Positions 38,256 through 52,270 of a stretch of DNA of 64,000 nucleotides are shown piece by piece. Origin of the DNA: Octopus sinensis (taxonomy: Eukaryota); NCBI RefSeq assembly GCF_006345805.1, contig NW_021836152.1, forward strand, positions 208,018 through 272,017. The letters run 5' to 3'. The notes beneath the pieces were generated by a model. It searched no databases and was not told the origin of the DNA. It was given only the letters and a program-made list of their open reading frames with translations. Position 1 is the first letter of the stretch; every line of letters begins with the position of its first letter. The position numbers and the translations under genes were made by a program.

Positions 38256-38538
38256 CTGAAATAAATATTATTTACAGTAAAATCTTTTTATCATTATCAA
38301 TAATCTATATTCTGTTATTGTGAGAGATTCCTATCATCAAACGATCACTCAGGTTTCGTCAATATTTATATACTTTCAACAGTGGCCCCAACAAAATTGA
38401 TTGGCATTCCTAAATCTCCGCTCTCAATTAAGACATCTTACATATCTCATTTACTTCTCACGTATCATCCTTAATAAAGTAGATGAGGTAATGGCAAACT
38501 TGATAGAAATCAATAAGGTAATGTTGATTTATACTCAC

Positions 38539-38589
38539 CAACTGGCTCCACCTCTGTTTGAACTTCATTGTCAACAAGCATTGAAGAAA
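38539..38589 (-). CDS. 51-nt symmetric phase-1 micro-exon: (V)SSMLVDNEVQTEVEPV
   Basis: atctatttcag| ... |GTGAGT; paralog of 37353-37403 with shared flanking introns. Confidence 0.8.
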
Positions 38590-39311
38590 CTGAAATAGAT
38601 ATTCCTAAATTTTACACTTTACAGAAAAATGTCTTTATCTTAATTAATAATCAAAATTTTGTTATTCTGTGACATTCCAGTCATTGATGGTCAACTGGTG
38701 ACCAGTACGGCTTGGGTCAATATTTTCATACTTTGTACAGTGATACCATGTAATAGCTCAATATTCAGGCCCACAACTAAATAGACTAACCTAATATATC
38801 TCCCTATTAAAACATCTTACATAATCTAAGAATCACTCTATTAAGATATCTCCATAATCTAAAGTTATTGACATTCTTCTCCTCTTCTAATTCTGATGTC
38901 AATGAAGCTGGTCTCCAAACATTTAACCACAAACGCATGTCACAATACTTCAAGTAGGATTAATATACACCTGCTCTCTTTTTAAAAGGTTGCTGCTGGT
39001 AAACTTTAATCTTACACCCCCACATCAAAATTCATCAGAATAGCATCTGATTCCGGAAATATTTGAAGATATTTCAATGTCATTAATCCTCCTTAATAAG
39101 CAGCTATTTTCAGGTGAGCAATGTTTGCTCCTAAGCAAGTGGAGCCGAAAGTGATATCAGGTATCCCAAAACACTTGTATAGAAACTCATTAACTACACA
39201 CACACACACATATATACACAGACACGCACACAATCACACACACTCACATATATTTAGGTATGTGTGTATGTATATATGTATATGTATGTAGATGTATATA
39301 CATACATATAT

Positions 39312-39603
<292 letters not shown>

Positions 39604-40057
39604 TTATGAACGTACATTTACATATTACTGTAAAGGAATTATATCCGGAATAGTACTGACTCTCAAGAATATATAAGCAAGACAGAGAAATAAATCAAAC
39701 TGGAAGCGCCAAATTTATTTTGCATTATGTTTTGATTTTAACTCCATCACAGTGTGTGCCTTGATCCGATTGCCTCAAGACGTGTCTCTCAGCAAGCTAC
39801 CATACCATTGTCTTCAAGATTTTGGCATGATTTCTCTTGCTATTTGTAACTTCACTTGTTTCTGCTGATCAGTTACAAACGATAGACAGCACTACTTATT
39901 CGATTTAAACCACATTTTTTCCAAATAATGAGTTAATCCAGTCTAACCAGAATTATTTGCATATCCTTTTCATCTCTCCTTAGTACTATTAAGTAATCCA
40001 TGAATGCCTCAGGTGAAGGTAAAATTGATAGAAATCAATTAGTTATTTTATACTCAC

Positions 40058-40129
40058 CAACTTGCTGTGATGCATCTTTTGAAGTAAATGCCTCTGTCTG
40101 GACTTGCTTGTTCTGAGACTTGGGAAACC
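40058..40129 (-). CDS. 72-nt symmetric phase-1 micro-exon: FPKSQNKQVQTEAFTSKDASQQV
   Basis: atttatttcag| ... |GTGAGT; open frame; downstream intron homologous to those of the other micro-exons. Confidence 0.8.
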
Positions 40130-40209
40130 CTGAAATAAATATTTCAAGGTTTTTAAATTTTATTATAAAATATTTTAAATCTAGATATTAATAATATATA
40201 TTTTATTAT

Positions 40210-40690
40210 TGTGGGAGTTTCTGATCATCAATGGGCAGCCTGTGTATGAACAGCTGTGTATGCTACATAGTAGTGAAATGTATGTTGTGAACACAGAGGA
40301 CGTGTAAAGTCTTGAACAAAATGGAACCAGCATGCTCCACTGGATGGTCACTGTCAGTGTGCAGGTATAAAATGCTGACATGTTTTACGATAAAAATCGA
40401 GAGTTATCACTTGTATGTAGTACGCAAGACAGACAACTCTGCTAGTATGACCATGGGATATGTATGAATAAGATCAGCTGTATAAAGAGCACCGATCTGT
40501 AAATGTGGAGAGAACCTCAAGAAAAATGGAAGGAAGTGTTGAGAAATGAGCTTCAGATCTTGAACCTGAGAGTCAATCGGTAGAAAAGCGGGTATCTTTA
40601 AGAGACATATGTTCCTCAACCAATGGGGGTGGGTAGTATCTCTGAATATGAAGAGTCTTGGGTAGAGACCGCCCATCCAATGCATTTTAG
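40210..40690 (+). mobile_element. Old RTE-like LINE 3' remnant
   Basis: Degenerate MLHSSE / MLHW / WKEVLRNEL-type RT C-terminal coding traces. Confidence 0.5.
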
Positions 40691-40859
40691 AAAGAAAATC
40701 AGACGATAAATGATGAGGATGTATTCGATTGTATTGTTATATGCAGCTAGTATTTATCTTGAAAGAGAAAGAGACAATGGTTTTCTCAGCAGCAAACCAA
40801 AGTCATTACTTCGATAAAGACAATGCTTAGTGGATGGAACGATAAATTTAATGTTGTAT

Positions 40860-41620
40860 CTAAGAAAAAACAACAGCGAAAATAAAAGTTTTAAAACATT
40901 GTTAAAAGATATGAAGAGGTAATATTTTGTAACAGCAACATCCGACATAATTCGTGATATAACAACTCAAATCTTCCTAATTTAACTAAGATATTGCACA
41001 CAGTTCCTACAACACCATTTCCAAAACACTTCCGTCCCATTAATTGTCGATAAACACAGAAATTGCTACACCAGTCGTCTCGCAAGCTGAAAACACTGAT
41101 ATACACCAGTGGAGCTTAGTACTATAGAGAGAAATCCGTGATTATCTGGCAATGTTTAACTTGACCATTACAAAAGTCGTTAACACTAGAAGGAGTTCAG
41201 ATGTACAATTACAAACTGTACGGTGGAGAGATATCATATTGTACCCTGACTGCTACCACAATCCAACCGTATACAACAAAACGAGGCATTTTAGCAGTTC
41301 CTTGTGTGATGATTAACAAAATGAAAGAATGGAATATCTGACGGGTTAGATCTGTATTTTTCACTGAGGCTATGACCAGCTCCTTCTGGTTATAGATCTA
41401 TTAAAGGGCCGAGTAGAAATTAAACCTCATGTAGTAAGATTTCTCTCTCCGACACATAATAGACACAAAAAATTGAGATAAGCCCGCCCCAGCACCAATT
41501 TTATCAGAGAATGAAGTAAATAACTATCGAATAAACAAAACATAAACGACTTTTTACTATTTTAGATAAATCAATTAATTACTGCACACCAATTTCTAAT
41601 TGCTGGACTAACTTCAAACA
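40860..41620. repeat. Diverged paralog of the intron segment 33958-35060
   Basis: Colinear matches, e.g. caagctgaaaacactgatatacaccag and aagaatggaatat.tgacgggttagatctg. Confidence 0.85.
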
Positions 41621-43522
41621 ATCTGACACCGCGACAGCAGGTATCCTGAAACATTGTACACTTGCACAAAACCTTATTAACTACATTTAACTGGTCATCT
41701 ACATACTATTGTATAAACATATCCGAAATGATACATAATAACTGACAATTAAGCATATATAAGCCTGACGCAAATATAGATCAAACTGGAAGCATTGAAT
41801 CTGACGTTTGCCAGGAAGTTTCGAATACTCTCATTCTTTTAACCCATTCCCATGTTTTCGTTTTCATCTTAATGCCCTTACAATTATTGGACAAAGAGGC
41901 AGCGGACCACTGTCCGAAACTTTTATAAGTTTTTCCCTAAACGTATGCATAGTTTCTCCTGCTACTTTGAACTTCACTTTGTTCTGCTGATCTTCCACAA
42001 ATAACAGATTGTATTATTTATTTGCTTCAAGTCAAATTCTTGACAAAGTAATCATTCCACCCAGGCTATCCAGAAATATTTGCATAACATTTTGGTCTCT
42101 ACATAGTATTTTTATGTCATCCATGAATGTCTTGTCTGGTGCTTTCACTTGGGTCATTTCTTCTGAGCAAACTACTGATCTAAGTAACATCTCCAAACTG
42201 AAGGATTAATATTGTGCACCCTGCTCCATTTCCGATGACAGTCCCTGTAAAATGGTTTGTAATGAGCTGCCTTTTGAAATTGTTAAACCAGCTCATCATC
42301 AGACCTTAAAATTTCCCCAGTATGTAAAAGAAGTTCATTGATTTCATCAATAATTTGTATGGTCCACACCCATATGCTTTAGAGCTATCAAGCCGTACAA
42401 CATTCAAATTACTTCAATTCTTCTTTGTGTGTTGATCCCAGTTTTACATTTCACGTCCTACAAACCAAGAAAGTCAGGGGATTCCAGTCCTCTGCACACT
42501 TTCCATCACATATCAATTATTTTGTAGGTGTATAGGTGATCTCTTAGCATGTACATCCACGTAAAGCTTGCCATTAAGGATTGAAACTAATTTCAACTGG
42601 CCAATTAATTGTGCTTCAGATTCCTTTGATATGTAAACACTTTCTGCTTTATATCAGTCATAAATACCTTCTATTTTATACCACAACCCCTTACTATTAT
42701 ATAATGCTTATAGCTTGTTAGAGTTGCTGCAGTCTTTGCTCTTGCCTCCCTTCTCGCTGCAAACACTCAGCTAAAATTTCAATTCCTCGCTTTCTTAGAG
42801 GTTTTATTAGAAAGACATCAACGTTTCTTTTGCTTGTACCACAATAAAATGCACCTAGGACACTTTATCAAGTGGTTTGTTTTAGGAAATTATACCCTCA
42901 TATAAAACCTAGAATGGTTAACTGAGATGTGTCTGCTATCCGATCAAGAGGTGGGAGCATGGAAATCAGACGATGAAGGATGAAGATATTGTCAATTATT
43001 GTATAGTATCTTGCAACCAGTATCTGTTTTGAAGTAAGAAATATAGACAACTATCACAGAAATAAGTTGGATAAAGGCAATGTGTAGCGTATGTAATGAA
43101 ATATCTGTGAAATAAAACAGACTGCTTATACTTGAAATACATTTCCAAGTACTTTTTTAGAAACATCAGCCAAAATAACAACATTAATCTATCAGCAAAC
43201 ATAGTATAAAAGTAAAACAAAGAGAAATGTCATTAACACGAATGTTTATCGCTAAACAACTACAAATATTAGTTTTCTCTTCCAAAGTGAAATATTAAAT
43301 CTATTGTCTTCGAAGTTATCCATTTTACAAACCATGCTCACCACATCGGATATTTTGTGAAATTACAATAATATCGATATGTTTAATAGAATTATTATGC
43401 AGCAAACTTTTCAAATGCAAAATGTGGATTGGAACATGTTGTCAGTCATTCTGACAAAGAAATTGACACAAGTAAAGGTAAAATTTTCAGAAATCGATAA
43501 GGTAATGATATTTTATCCTCAT

Positions 43523-43585
43523 GATCATATGATTCCGTTTCAAGCATAGGAAAGTTAGGTGACAGTATTGTTTGCGACTATGTGT
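43523..43585 (-). pseudogene. Dead micro-exon slot (63 nt): T*SQTILSPNFPMLETESYD
   Basis: Homologous flanks; acceptor degenerated to ttttccg, donor to ATGAGG, internal TAG; lies exactly 3527 bp from the 47112 exon. Confidence 0.55.
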
Positions 43586-46500
43586 CGGAAAAATATATTT
43601 TCAAGTTTTACATTTTACACTATAATATGATTATATCTATTAATCAAAAATATTCCATTACCGTAAGATATCTTTATTTTCAATGCTCAACGGCTGACCA
43701 CTATGCTTTTGGTCAGCACATTTTACAGTTTCAATATAACAAAACTCTATATTAAGAGCAACCAAAATATAAACTAATTTCCTATCTATACTCTTTGTAT
43801 TCAGACATCAAATAAAATTTAACAATATTGTAATTATTTAATTTCATTGTCTCTTCATAACAATATTTTGCTTTTAGTTTTCTCTTTCCTTCCGTATTTC
43901 TCTGATTTTCAGGGAGTTTAAGGTACAGGTATAAAGAGAGGATAAGTCAACTACTGAAAAACAGTGCTATAAAGAGATAATTACGTCAAGTAATTGCAAT
44001 ATTGTTAAATTATGTTGGATGTCACAATACATTGCGTTGATATATGAAAGTTGGTCTCAAAACGAAGCTGGATTGGACCAATCGCATAAACCTCTTCAAC
44101 GACACCTATTTACCTGCAATTTACAACAGGTGTGAAAGCTGGTACACAACGAAGAGGGAGGATGTGAGTCTGATAATGGCCCAAAGCACAATCGAAAAAT
44201 CGAGGTTATGGAGTGTTACTAAATTTGCACATCAGGAGTGAGGTGATCAGAGAGAAATCAAGTGTGAGAGACATCATCACTAAAAACTTATGGCAAAATT
44301 TCAGATGGGACAGGTAACCAGCTCACTGAAAATATTTAGAGATGCACAGTTGTTGAGAGTTATATACGCGAGCAGAGGAGGTCACTGAGAGCGAATCCAA
44401 AAGTGAGTGTTTGACGAAATACGACATGCTACGTAGATGAGAAGGTCAAGATGAAGACAGAAGTGGAGGGTGCACTGTGATCTCTGGTGTCGTCAATACA
44501 CTCAGCCAATCGATCATGGTCAAGGTGGTATTTCTGTCACATCTATGACATAGCGTTTTCACCTCTACCGTAGTAAACCTCACGAACCAAACTTCCCGTT
44601 TTCTGCTCAACTCCAATGTCAAGCAAGTTGATAACCATATATCTATCTACAAAAACTGGTCACACCACTTACCGTTAGACAGAAAGAACCTGCTCTCTCT
44701 GTGAAACATTGCTTCTGGTAATCTTTGATTTTAACTGCCCACATCAACCTGCGTATTTGTGACGCATCTATGACATGGCGTTTTCGCATCTACAGTAGAC
44801 CTCACTAATCAAACATTCTTATAATTTTCTGCTCACTTCCAGTGTCAACAAGGTTAATCATCAAATATCTATCTACAAATACGTTTCACACCACTTCACT
44901 TTAGACAACAATCACCTACTCTCTGTGTGAAACATTGCTGCTGGTAATCTTTAAGTTTAACCGCTCTCACCAACGTTCGCCAGAATGTCTTCTGATACAG
45001 AAGATGTGTGAAACATCCTTAAGGAACAGTTTTCTTTCCAGATGAGTAATGATTTATTCTACTAAATTAATTGATATCAGGTACCCCAAACACTACACAA
45101 CTGTTTATCTACACATCATTGCATAAAATGCATCCGAAATGGTACATAATAGAACTGATTCTCAAAAATACATACGCAAGCCATGCTAGAAACATCATAT
45201 ACTATATATACTTTGAGGTTTTCACAAATCTTTTGCTTATAAACCATCATCGATTTTACCATGATCTCAATATCTCTACTCTTACTAGACAATGGGGAAG
45301 CCTACCAGCATACGAAATACTTACAAATTTGTCATTAAAATATGTCATGGTTTCTCCTGATACGTTGTATATCACTTGTTTCTGCTGACATTTGACAATT
45401 AAAAAAAACCGTATTATTTGATTGCATTCAGCCTTATTCTCGACCAAGGAGATAGTCCATTCCGGTTGTCCAAAACTATTAGCATGTTCTTTTGATCTCT
45501 TTCCCTTATTTGTATGTCATCGATGGTGTTTCTTCAGCCATATCTGCTGAGCAGTCTGCTGATCTGAGTAACATCTCATTAACAAAGACTGACATTTTGC
45601 ATCTTACTCCAGTTTCACGCCAATGCTAGTCTCTGTATAATATGTGTGTAACGAATAGCATTTGGAAATTGTTAAACCAACTCTTCGTCATATTTTTAAA
45701 ATCCTCCAGTATATAAACGAAGGCCATTGCTTTCCTACATGATTTATGTTGTTCACATCCCTAAGCATTAGACTGATCCAGCCATACAACATTCAAATCA
45801 CTTCTATTTTTCTATGTGCGTTGGTCCCACTTTTACAAGGCATGTCCCAAACACTCAGGATGTCAACGGATTCTTTTGCATTCACACTTTCAGTCTCATT
45901 AGAGTTATTTTGTCGATGTGTAGTTGATCTCTGACCATGGAAATCTTAGCAATCAGAATTGCAATCGGTGCGAACTTGCGAATTAGTTTCGCTTTAGCTT
46001 TATTTGTACACAAAATCATTCTCTCTTCCACCAGCCATCAATGGCACCAACTTTATACCTGAAAGTTCCACCATTACATGATGCCTACGACAAAACCTTG
46101 TACAAGACTTGAAACTTTCTAATGTACAGCCTCACCTTACCTTATACCCAAAGATAACTACTTCTTTCTTGCTGCAGTCCTCAAGCTCAAATTCTTCGTT
46201 CCTGATTTTGTTGGACATTTTCTTAGAGAGACGATAATATTTCACATGCTTTGCAACAATAAAATGCACCTAGAACCCTGTATAAAGTGGTTGGTGTCAG
46301 GAATGGCATAGCACTATATGAAAGCAGTGATGTTTAAGAGATATATGTTCCTCTACGAATGAAGAAGGGAAGTAGTTCTGAAGAAGAACTGACTTGGACA
46401 GTAACAACTCATCTAGTCCATAGGAGCCTGGAAATCTGACGATAAATGTCGGGGTTGTTGCCTGTGATTCACTTGCTTCGTGCAACCTGTATCTTTCATG

Positions 46501-47025
46501 AAGTAAGAAAGGCAGATACCGATTATCACAGTAGCAAAGAAATGTTTTCTATTCGGGAAAAGACAATGTGTAGTGGATGTAATAATGAAATTACTACCAG
46601 TGTAATATAACAGAGAGTTTACACTTGGAACGCATTTAATTATAATTCTTCTAGATTATGAGAAACATCCGTTTAAATAACAACAATAACAACAATAACC
46701 TACGAGTAAACTTGGTAAAAAATGTGACAAAAACTGCTGTCATTAACTCTAAATTTATATTCCTAAACAAATTAGCTTAGTTCTCTCTTTCTCAAAACTA
46801 TACTAAATATATTCCCGTTTCAATTTTCATTTTACAAACAACTCTAACCTCGTTGGATATTTTGTGAAATCTCAGTAATATCGATATATTGAATAGAATT
46901 ATTATACAGCAAACTTTTCGAATCTAATTAGGGATAGAATCTGTACTCAGTCGTTCTAACATACAAAAGCACGGGAGAAGGTGAAATGTATAGAAATCGG
47001 TAACTTAATATTATTTCATACTTAC

Positions 47026-47112
47026 AATCTTTCTCTGATTCATCTACTCCAGAAGATGATTGTAAACCGGAATCGGTACTGGCTCCGGATACTATACTTC
47101 CTGTTGAATGTT
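47026..47112 (-). CDS. 87-nt symmetric phase-1 exon: HSTGSIVSGASTDSGLQSSSGVDESEKD
   Basis: attcatttcag| ... |GTAAGT; open frame; occupies the same slot as the other micro-exons. Confidence 0.75.
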
Positions 47113-50100
47113 CTGAAATGAATATTTTCAAGATTTGCGTTGTATAGGATGATGTGCTTATCTTTGTTAATAATCTATATTTCACTATTGTGACATATTT
47201 CTATTGTCAATGGTCAACGGCTGACCACTATGCTTTTGGTCAGCACACTTTACAGTTTCAATATAACAAAACTCTATATTAAGAGCAACCAAAATATAAA
47301 CTAATTTCCTATCTATACTCTCTGTATTCAGACATCAAATAAAATTTAACAATATTGTAATTATTTAATTTCATTGTCTCTTCATAACAATATTTTGCTT
47401 TTAGTTTTCTCTTTCCTTCCGTATTTCTCTGATTTTCAGGGAGTTTAAGGTACAGGTATAAAGAGAGGATAAGTCAACTACTGAAAAACAGTGCTATAAA
47501 GAGATAATTACGTCAAGTAATTGCAATATTGTTAAATTATGTTGGATGTCACAATACATTGCGTTGATATATGAAAGTTGGTCTCAAAACGAAGCTGGAT
47601 TGGACCAATCGCATAAACCTCTTCAACGACACCTATTTACCTGCAATTTACAACAGGTGTGAAAGCTGGTACACAACGAAGAGGGAGGATGTGAGTCTGA
47701 TAATGGCCGAAAGCACAATCGAAAAATCGAGGTTCTGGAGTGTTGCTAAATTTGCACATCAGGAGTGAGGGGATCAGAGAGAAATCAGGTGTGAGAGACA
47801 TCATCACTAAAAACTTATGACAAAATTTCAGATGGGACAGGTAACCAGCTCACTGAAAATATTTAGAGATGCACAGTTGTTGAGAGTTATATACGCGAGC
47901 AGAGGAGGTCACTGAGAGCGAATCCAAAAGTGAGTGTTTGACGAAATACGACATGCTACGTAGGTGAGAAGGTCAAGATGAAGACAGAAGTGGAGGGTGC
48001 ACTGTGATCTCTGGTGTCGTCAATACACTCAGCCAATCGATCATGGTCAAGGTGGTATTTCTGTCACATCTATGACATAGCGTTTTCACCTCTACCGTAG
48101 TAAACCTCACGAACCAAACTTCTCGTTTTCTGCTCAACTCCAATGTCAAGCAAGTTGATAACCATATATCTATCTACAAAAACTGGTCACACCACTTACC
48201 GTTAGACAGAAAGCAACTGCTCTCTCTGTGAAACATTGCTTCTGGTAATCTTTGATTTTAACTGCCCACATCAACCTGCATATTTGTGACGCATCTATGA
48301 CATGGCGTTTTCACATCTACAGTAGAACTCACTAATCAAACATTCTTATAATTTTCTGCTCACTTCCAGTGTCAACAAGGTTAATCATCAAATATCTATC
48401 TACAAATACGTTTCACACCACTTCACTTTAGACAACAATCACCTACTCTCTGTGTGAAACATTGCTGCTGGTAATCTTTAAGTTTAACCGCTCTCACCAA
48501 CGTTCGCCAGAATGTCTTCTGATACAGAAGATGTGTGAAACATCCTTAAGGAACAGTTTTCTTTCCAGATGAGTAATGATTTATTCTACTAAATTAATTG
48601 ATATCAGGTACCCCAAACACTACACAACTGTTTATCTACACATCATTGCATAAAATGCATCCGAAATGGTACATAATAGAACTGATTCTCAAAAATACAT
48701 ACGCAAGCCATGCTAGAAACATCATATACTATATATACTTTGAGGTTTTCACAAATCTTTTGCTTATAAACCATCATCGATTTTACCATGATCTCAATAT
48801 CTCTACTCTTACTAGACAATGGGGAAGCCTACCAGCATACGAAATACTTACAAATTTGTCATTAAAATATGTCATGGTTTCTCCTGATACGTTGTATATC
48901 ACTTGTTTCTGCTGACATTTGACAATTAAAAAAAACCGTATTATTTGATTGCATTCAGCCTTATTCTCGACCAAGGAGATAGTCCATTCCGGTTGTCCAA
49001 AACTATTAGCATGTTCTTTTGATCTCTTTCCCTTATTTGTATGTCATCGATGGTGTTTCTTCAGCCATATCTGCTGAGCAGTCTGCTGATCTGAGTAACA
49101 TCTCATTAACAAAGACTGACATTTTGCATCTTACTCCAGTTTCACGCCAATGCTAGTCTCTGTATAATATGTGTGTAACGAATAGCATTTGGAAATTGTT
49201 AAACCAACTCTTCGTCATATTTTTAAAATCCTCCAGTATATAAACGAAGGCCATTGCTTTCCTACATGATTTATGTTGTTCACATCCCTAAGCATTAGAC
49301 TGATCCAGCCATACAACATTCAAATCACTTCTATTTTTCTATGTGCGTTGGTCCCACTTTTACAAGGCATGTCCCAAACACTCAGGATGTCAACGGATTC
49401 TTTTGCATTCACACTTTCAGTCTCATTAGAGTTATTTGTCGATGTGTATTTGATCTCTGACCATGGAAATCTTAGCAATCAGAATTGCAATCGGTGCGAA
49501 CTTGCGAATTAGTTTCGCTTTAGCTTTATTTGTACACAAAATCATTCTCTCTTCCACCAGCCATCAATGGCACCAACTTTATACCTGAAAGTTCCACCAT
49601 TACATGATGCCTACGACAAAACCTTGTACAAGACTTGAAACTTTCTAATGTACAGCCTCACCTTACCTTATACCCAAAGATAACTACTTCTTTCTTGCTG
49701 CAGTCCTCAAGCTCAAATTCTTCGTTCCTGATTTTGTTAGACATTTTCTTAGAGAGACGATAATATTTCACATGCTTTGCAACAATAAAATGCACCTAGA
49801 ACCCTTTACAAGGTGGTTGGTGTCAGGAATGGCATAGCACTATATGAAAGCAGTGATGTTTAAGTGAGATAATTCCTCTACGAATGAAGAAGGGAAGTAG
49901 TTCTGAAGAAGAACTGACTTGGACAGTAACAACTCATCTAGTCCATAGGAGCCTGGAAATCTGACGAGAAATGTCGGGGTTGTTGCCTGTGATTCACTTG
50001 CATCGTGCAACCTGTATCTTTCATGAAGTAAGAAAGGCAGATACCGATTATCACAGTAGCAAAGAAATGTTTTCTATTCGGGAAAAGACAATGTGTAGTG

Positions 50101-50552
50101 GATGTAATAATGAAATTACTACCAGTGTAATATAACAGAGAGTTTACACTTGGAACGCATTTAATTATAATTCTTCTAGATTATGAGAAACATCCGTTTA
50201 AATAGCACAACAATAACAACAATAACCTACGAGTAAACTTGGTAAAAAATGTGACAAAAACTGCTGTCATTAACTCTAAATTTATATTCCTAAACAAATT
50301 AGCTTAGTTCTCTCTTTCTCAAAACTATACTAAATATATTCCCGTTTCAATTTTCATTTTACAAACAACTCTAACCTCGTTGGATATTTTGTGAAATCTC
50401 AGTAATATCGATATATTGAATAGAATTATTATACAGCAAACTTTTCGAATCTAATTAGGGATAGAATCTGTACTCAGTCGTTCTAACATACAAAAGCACG
50501 GGAGAAGGTGAAATGTATAGAAATCGGTAACTTAATATTATTTCATACTTAC

Positions 50553-50639
50553 AATCTTTCTCTGATTCATCTACTCCAGAAGATGATTGTAAACCGGAAT
50601 CGGTACTGGCTCCGGATACTATACTTCCTGTTGAATGTT
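50553..50639 (-). CDS. Duplicate of the 87-nt exon
   Basis: Same sequence and splice sites as 47026-47112. Confidence 0.65.
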
Positions 50640-51724
50640 CTGAAATGAATATTTTCAAGATTTGCGTTGTATAGGATGATGTGCTTATCTTTGTTAATAA
50701 TCTATATTTCACTATTGTGACATATTTCTATTGTCAATGGTCAACGGCTGACCACTATGCTTTTGGTCAGCACACTTTACAGTTTCAATATAACAAAACT
50801 CTATATTAAGAGCAACCAAAATATAAACTAATTTCCTATCTATACTCTCTGTATTCAGACATCAAATAAAATTTAACAATATTGTAATTATTTAATTTCA
50901 TTGTCTCTTCATAACAATATTTTGCTTTTAGTTTTCTCTTTCCTTCCGTATTTCTCTGATTTTCAGGGAGTTTAAGGTACAGGTATAAAGAGAGGATAAG
51001 TCAACTACTGAAAAACAGTGCTATAAAGAGATAATTACGTCAAGTAATTGCAATATTGTTAAATTATGTTGGATGTCACAATACATTGCGTTGATATATG
51101 AAAGTTGGTCTCAAAACGAAGCTGGATTGGACCAATCGCATAAACCTCTTCAACGACACCTATTTACCTGCAATTTACAACAGGTGTGAAAGCTGGTACA
51201 CAACGAAGAGGGAGGATGTGAGTCTGATAATGGCCCAAAGCACAATCGAAAAATCGAGGTTATGGAGTGTTGCTAAATTTGCACATCAGGAGTGAGGTGA
51301 TCAGAGAGAAATCAAGTGTGAGAGACATCATCACTAAAAACTTATGGCAAAATTTCAGATGGGACAGGTAACCAGCTCACTGAAAATATTTAGAGATGCA
51401 CAGTTGTTGAGAGTTATATACGCGAGCAGAGGAGGTCACTGAGAGCGAATCCAAAAGTGAGTGTTTGACGAAATACGACATGCTACGTAGATGAGAAGGT
51501 CAAGATGAAGACAGAAGTGGAGGGTGCACTGTGATCTCTGGTGTCGTCAATACACTCAGCCAATCGATCATGGTCAAGGTGGTATTTCTGTCACATCTAT
51601 GACAGCGTTTTCACCTCTACCGTAGTAAACCTCACGAACCAAACTTCCCGTTTTCTGCTCAACTCCAATGTCAAGCAAGTTGATAACCATATATCTATCT
51701 ACAAAAACTGGTCACACCACTTAC

Positions 51725-51810
51725 CCGCATGGTTCTTGGTCTCAAGCATTTGTCTTATGAAGAAAGGCTGAAGACGCTCGACCTTTATTCTCTAGAAAAA
51801 CGACGCGCTG
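51725..51810 (+). mobile_element. Small CR1/L2-like LINE fragment
   Basis: Translates to ..LKHLSYEERLKTLDLYSLEKRR, the typical CR1/L2 RT C-terminus. Confidence 0.6.
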
Positions 51811-51940
51811 CCTATATATGGTTTCAGTTATGCATTACGGGTATGGCTTTGTATCATGTGACTTAATGAGTTCAATATCGGGAGATTCATTCAAAATAAC
51901 GATAGAATTAGTAAGAGAGCCGGCATTGTTGCAGTTGAAG

Positions 51941-52100
51941 GCGTCGCTGTGTGGAGAGAAGCTTGCTTCCCAATCACATAGGTTCAGTCCCACTGCTCGT
52001 CACCTTGGCCAAATGTCTTCTGTTATAATCACCGGCCGAGGAGAACCCTGTGAGGGTAATTTCGAAAACAGTAACTGAGAGAATGCCGTCGGACATACAC
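51941..52100 (+). mobile_element. Decayed SINE
   Basis: agaagcttgcttcccaatcacat..ggttcagtcccactg..accttggccaaatgtcttc; same family as 27462. Confidence 0.65.
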
Positions 52101-52134
52101 ACACAGGTACACAGACATACATACGTAGTTATAA

Positions 52135-52270
<136 letters not shown>

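Larger units (their letters stand above)
43680..51724. repeat. Tandem duplication, 3527-bp unit, ~2.3 near-identical copies (43680, 47207, 50734)
   Basis: Repeated ORFs at a constant 3527 offset (44044/47571/51098; 45071/48598; 46928/50455); unit contains an RTE fragment, a ~230-bp internal repeat and one micro-exon. Confidence 0.97.

Noticed and set aside
42255-42307. CTGATGA followed by a TGAGCTG/CAGCTCA hairpin on the minus strand
   Set aside because: No GAAA or stem III follows, and the motif is not retained in the paralogous units near 45650 and 49180.
44640-44720. Consensus donor ACG|GTAAGT in the ~230-bp internal repeat (minus strand)
   Set aside because: The nearest acceptors give weak 24-26-nt exons, and the donor is lost in the adjacent repeat copy.
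44044-51295. 65-aa ORF repeated three times
   Set aside because: It is a decayed RTE RT C-terminal fragment carried inside the 3527-bp unit, not a host gene.
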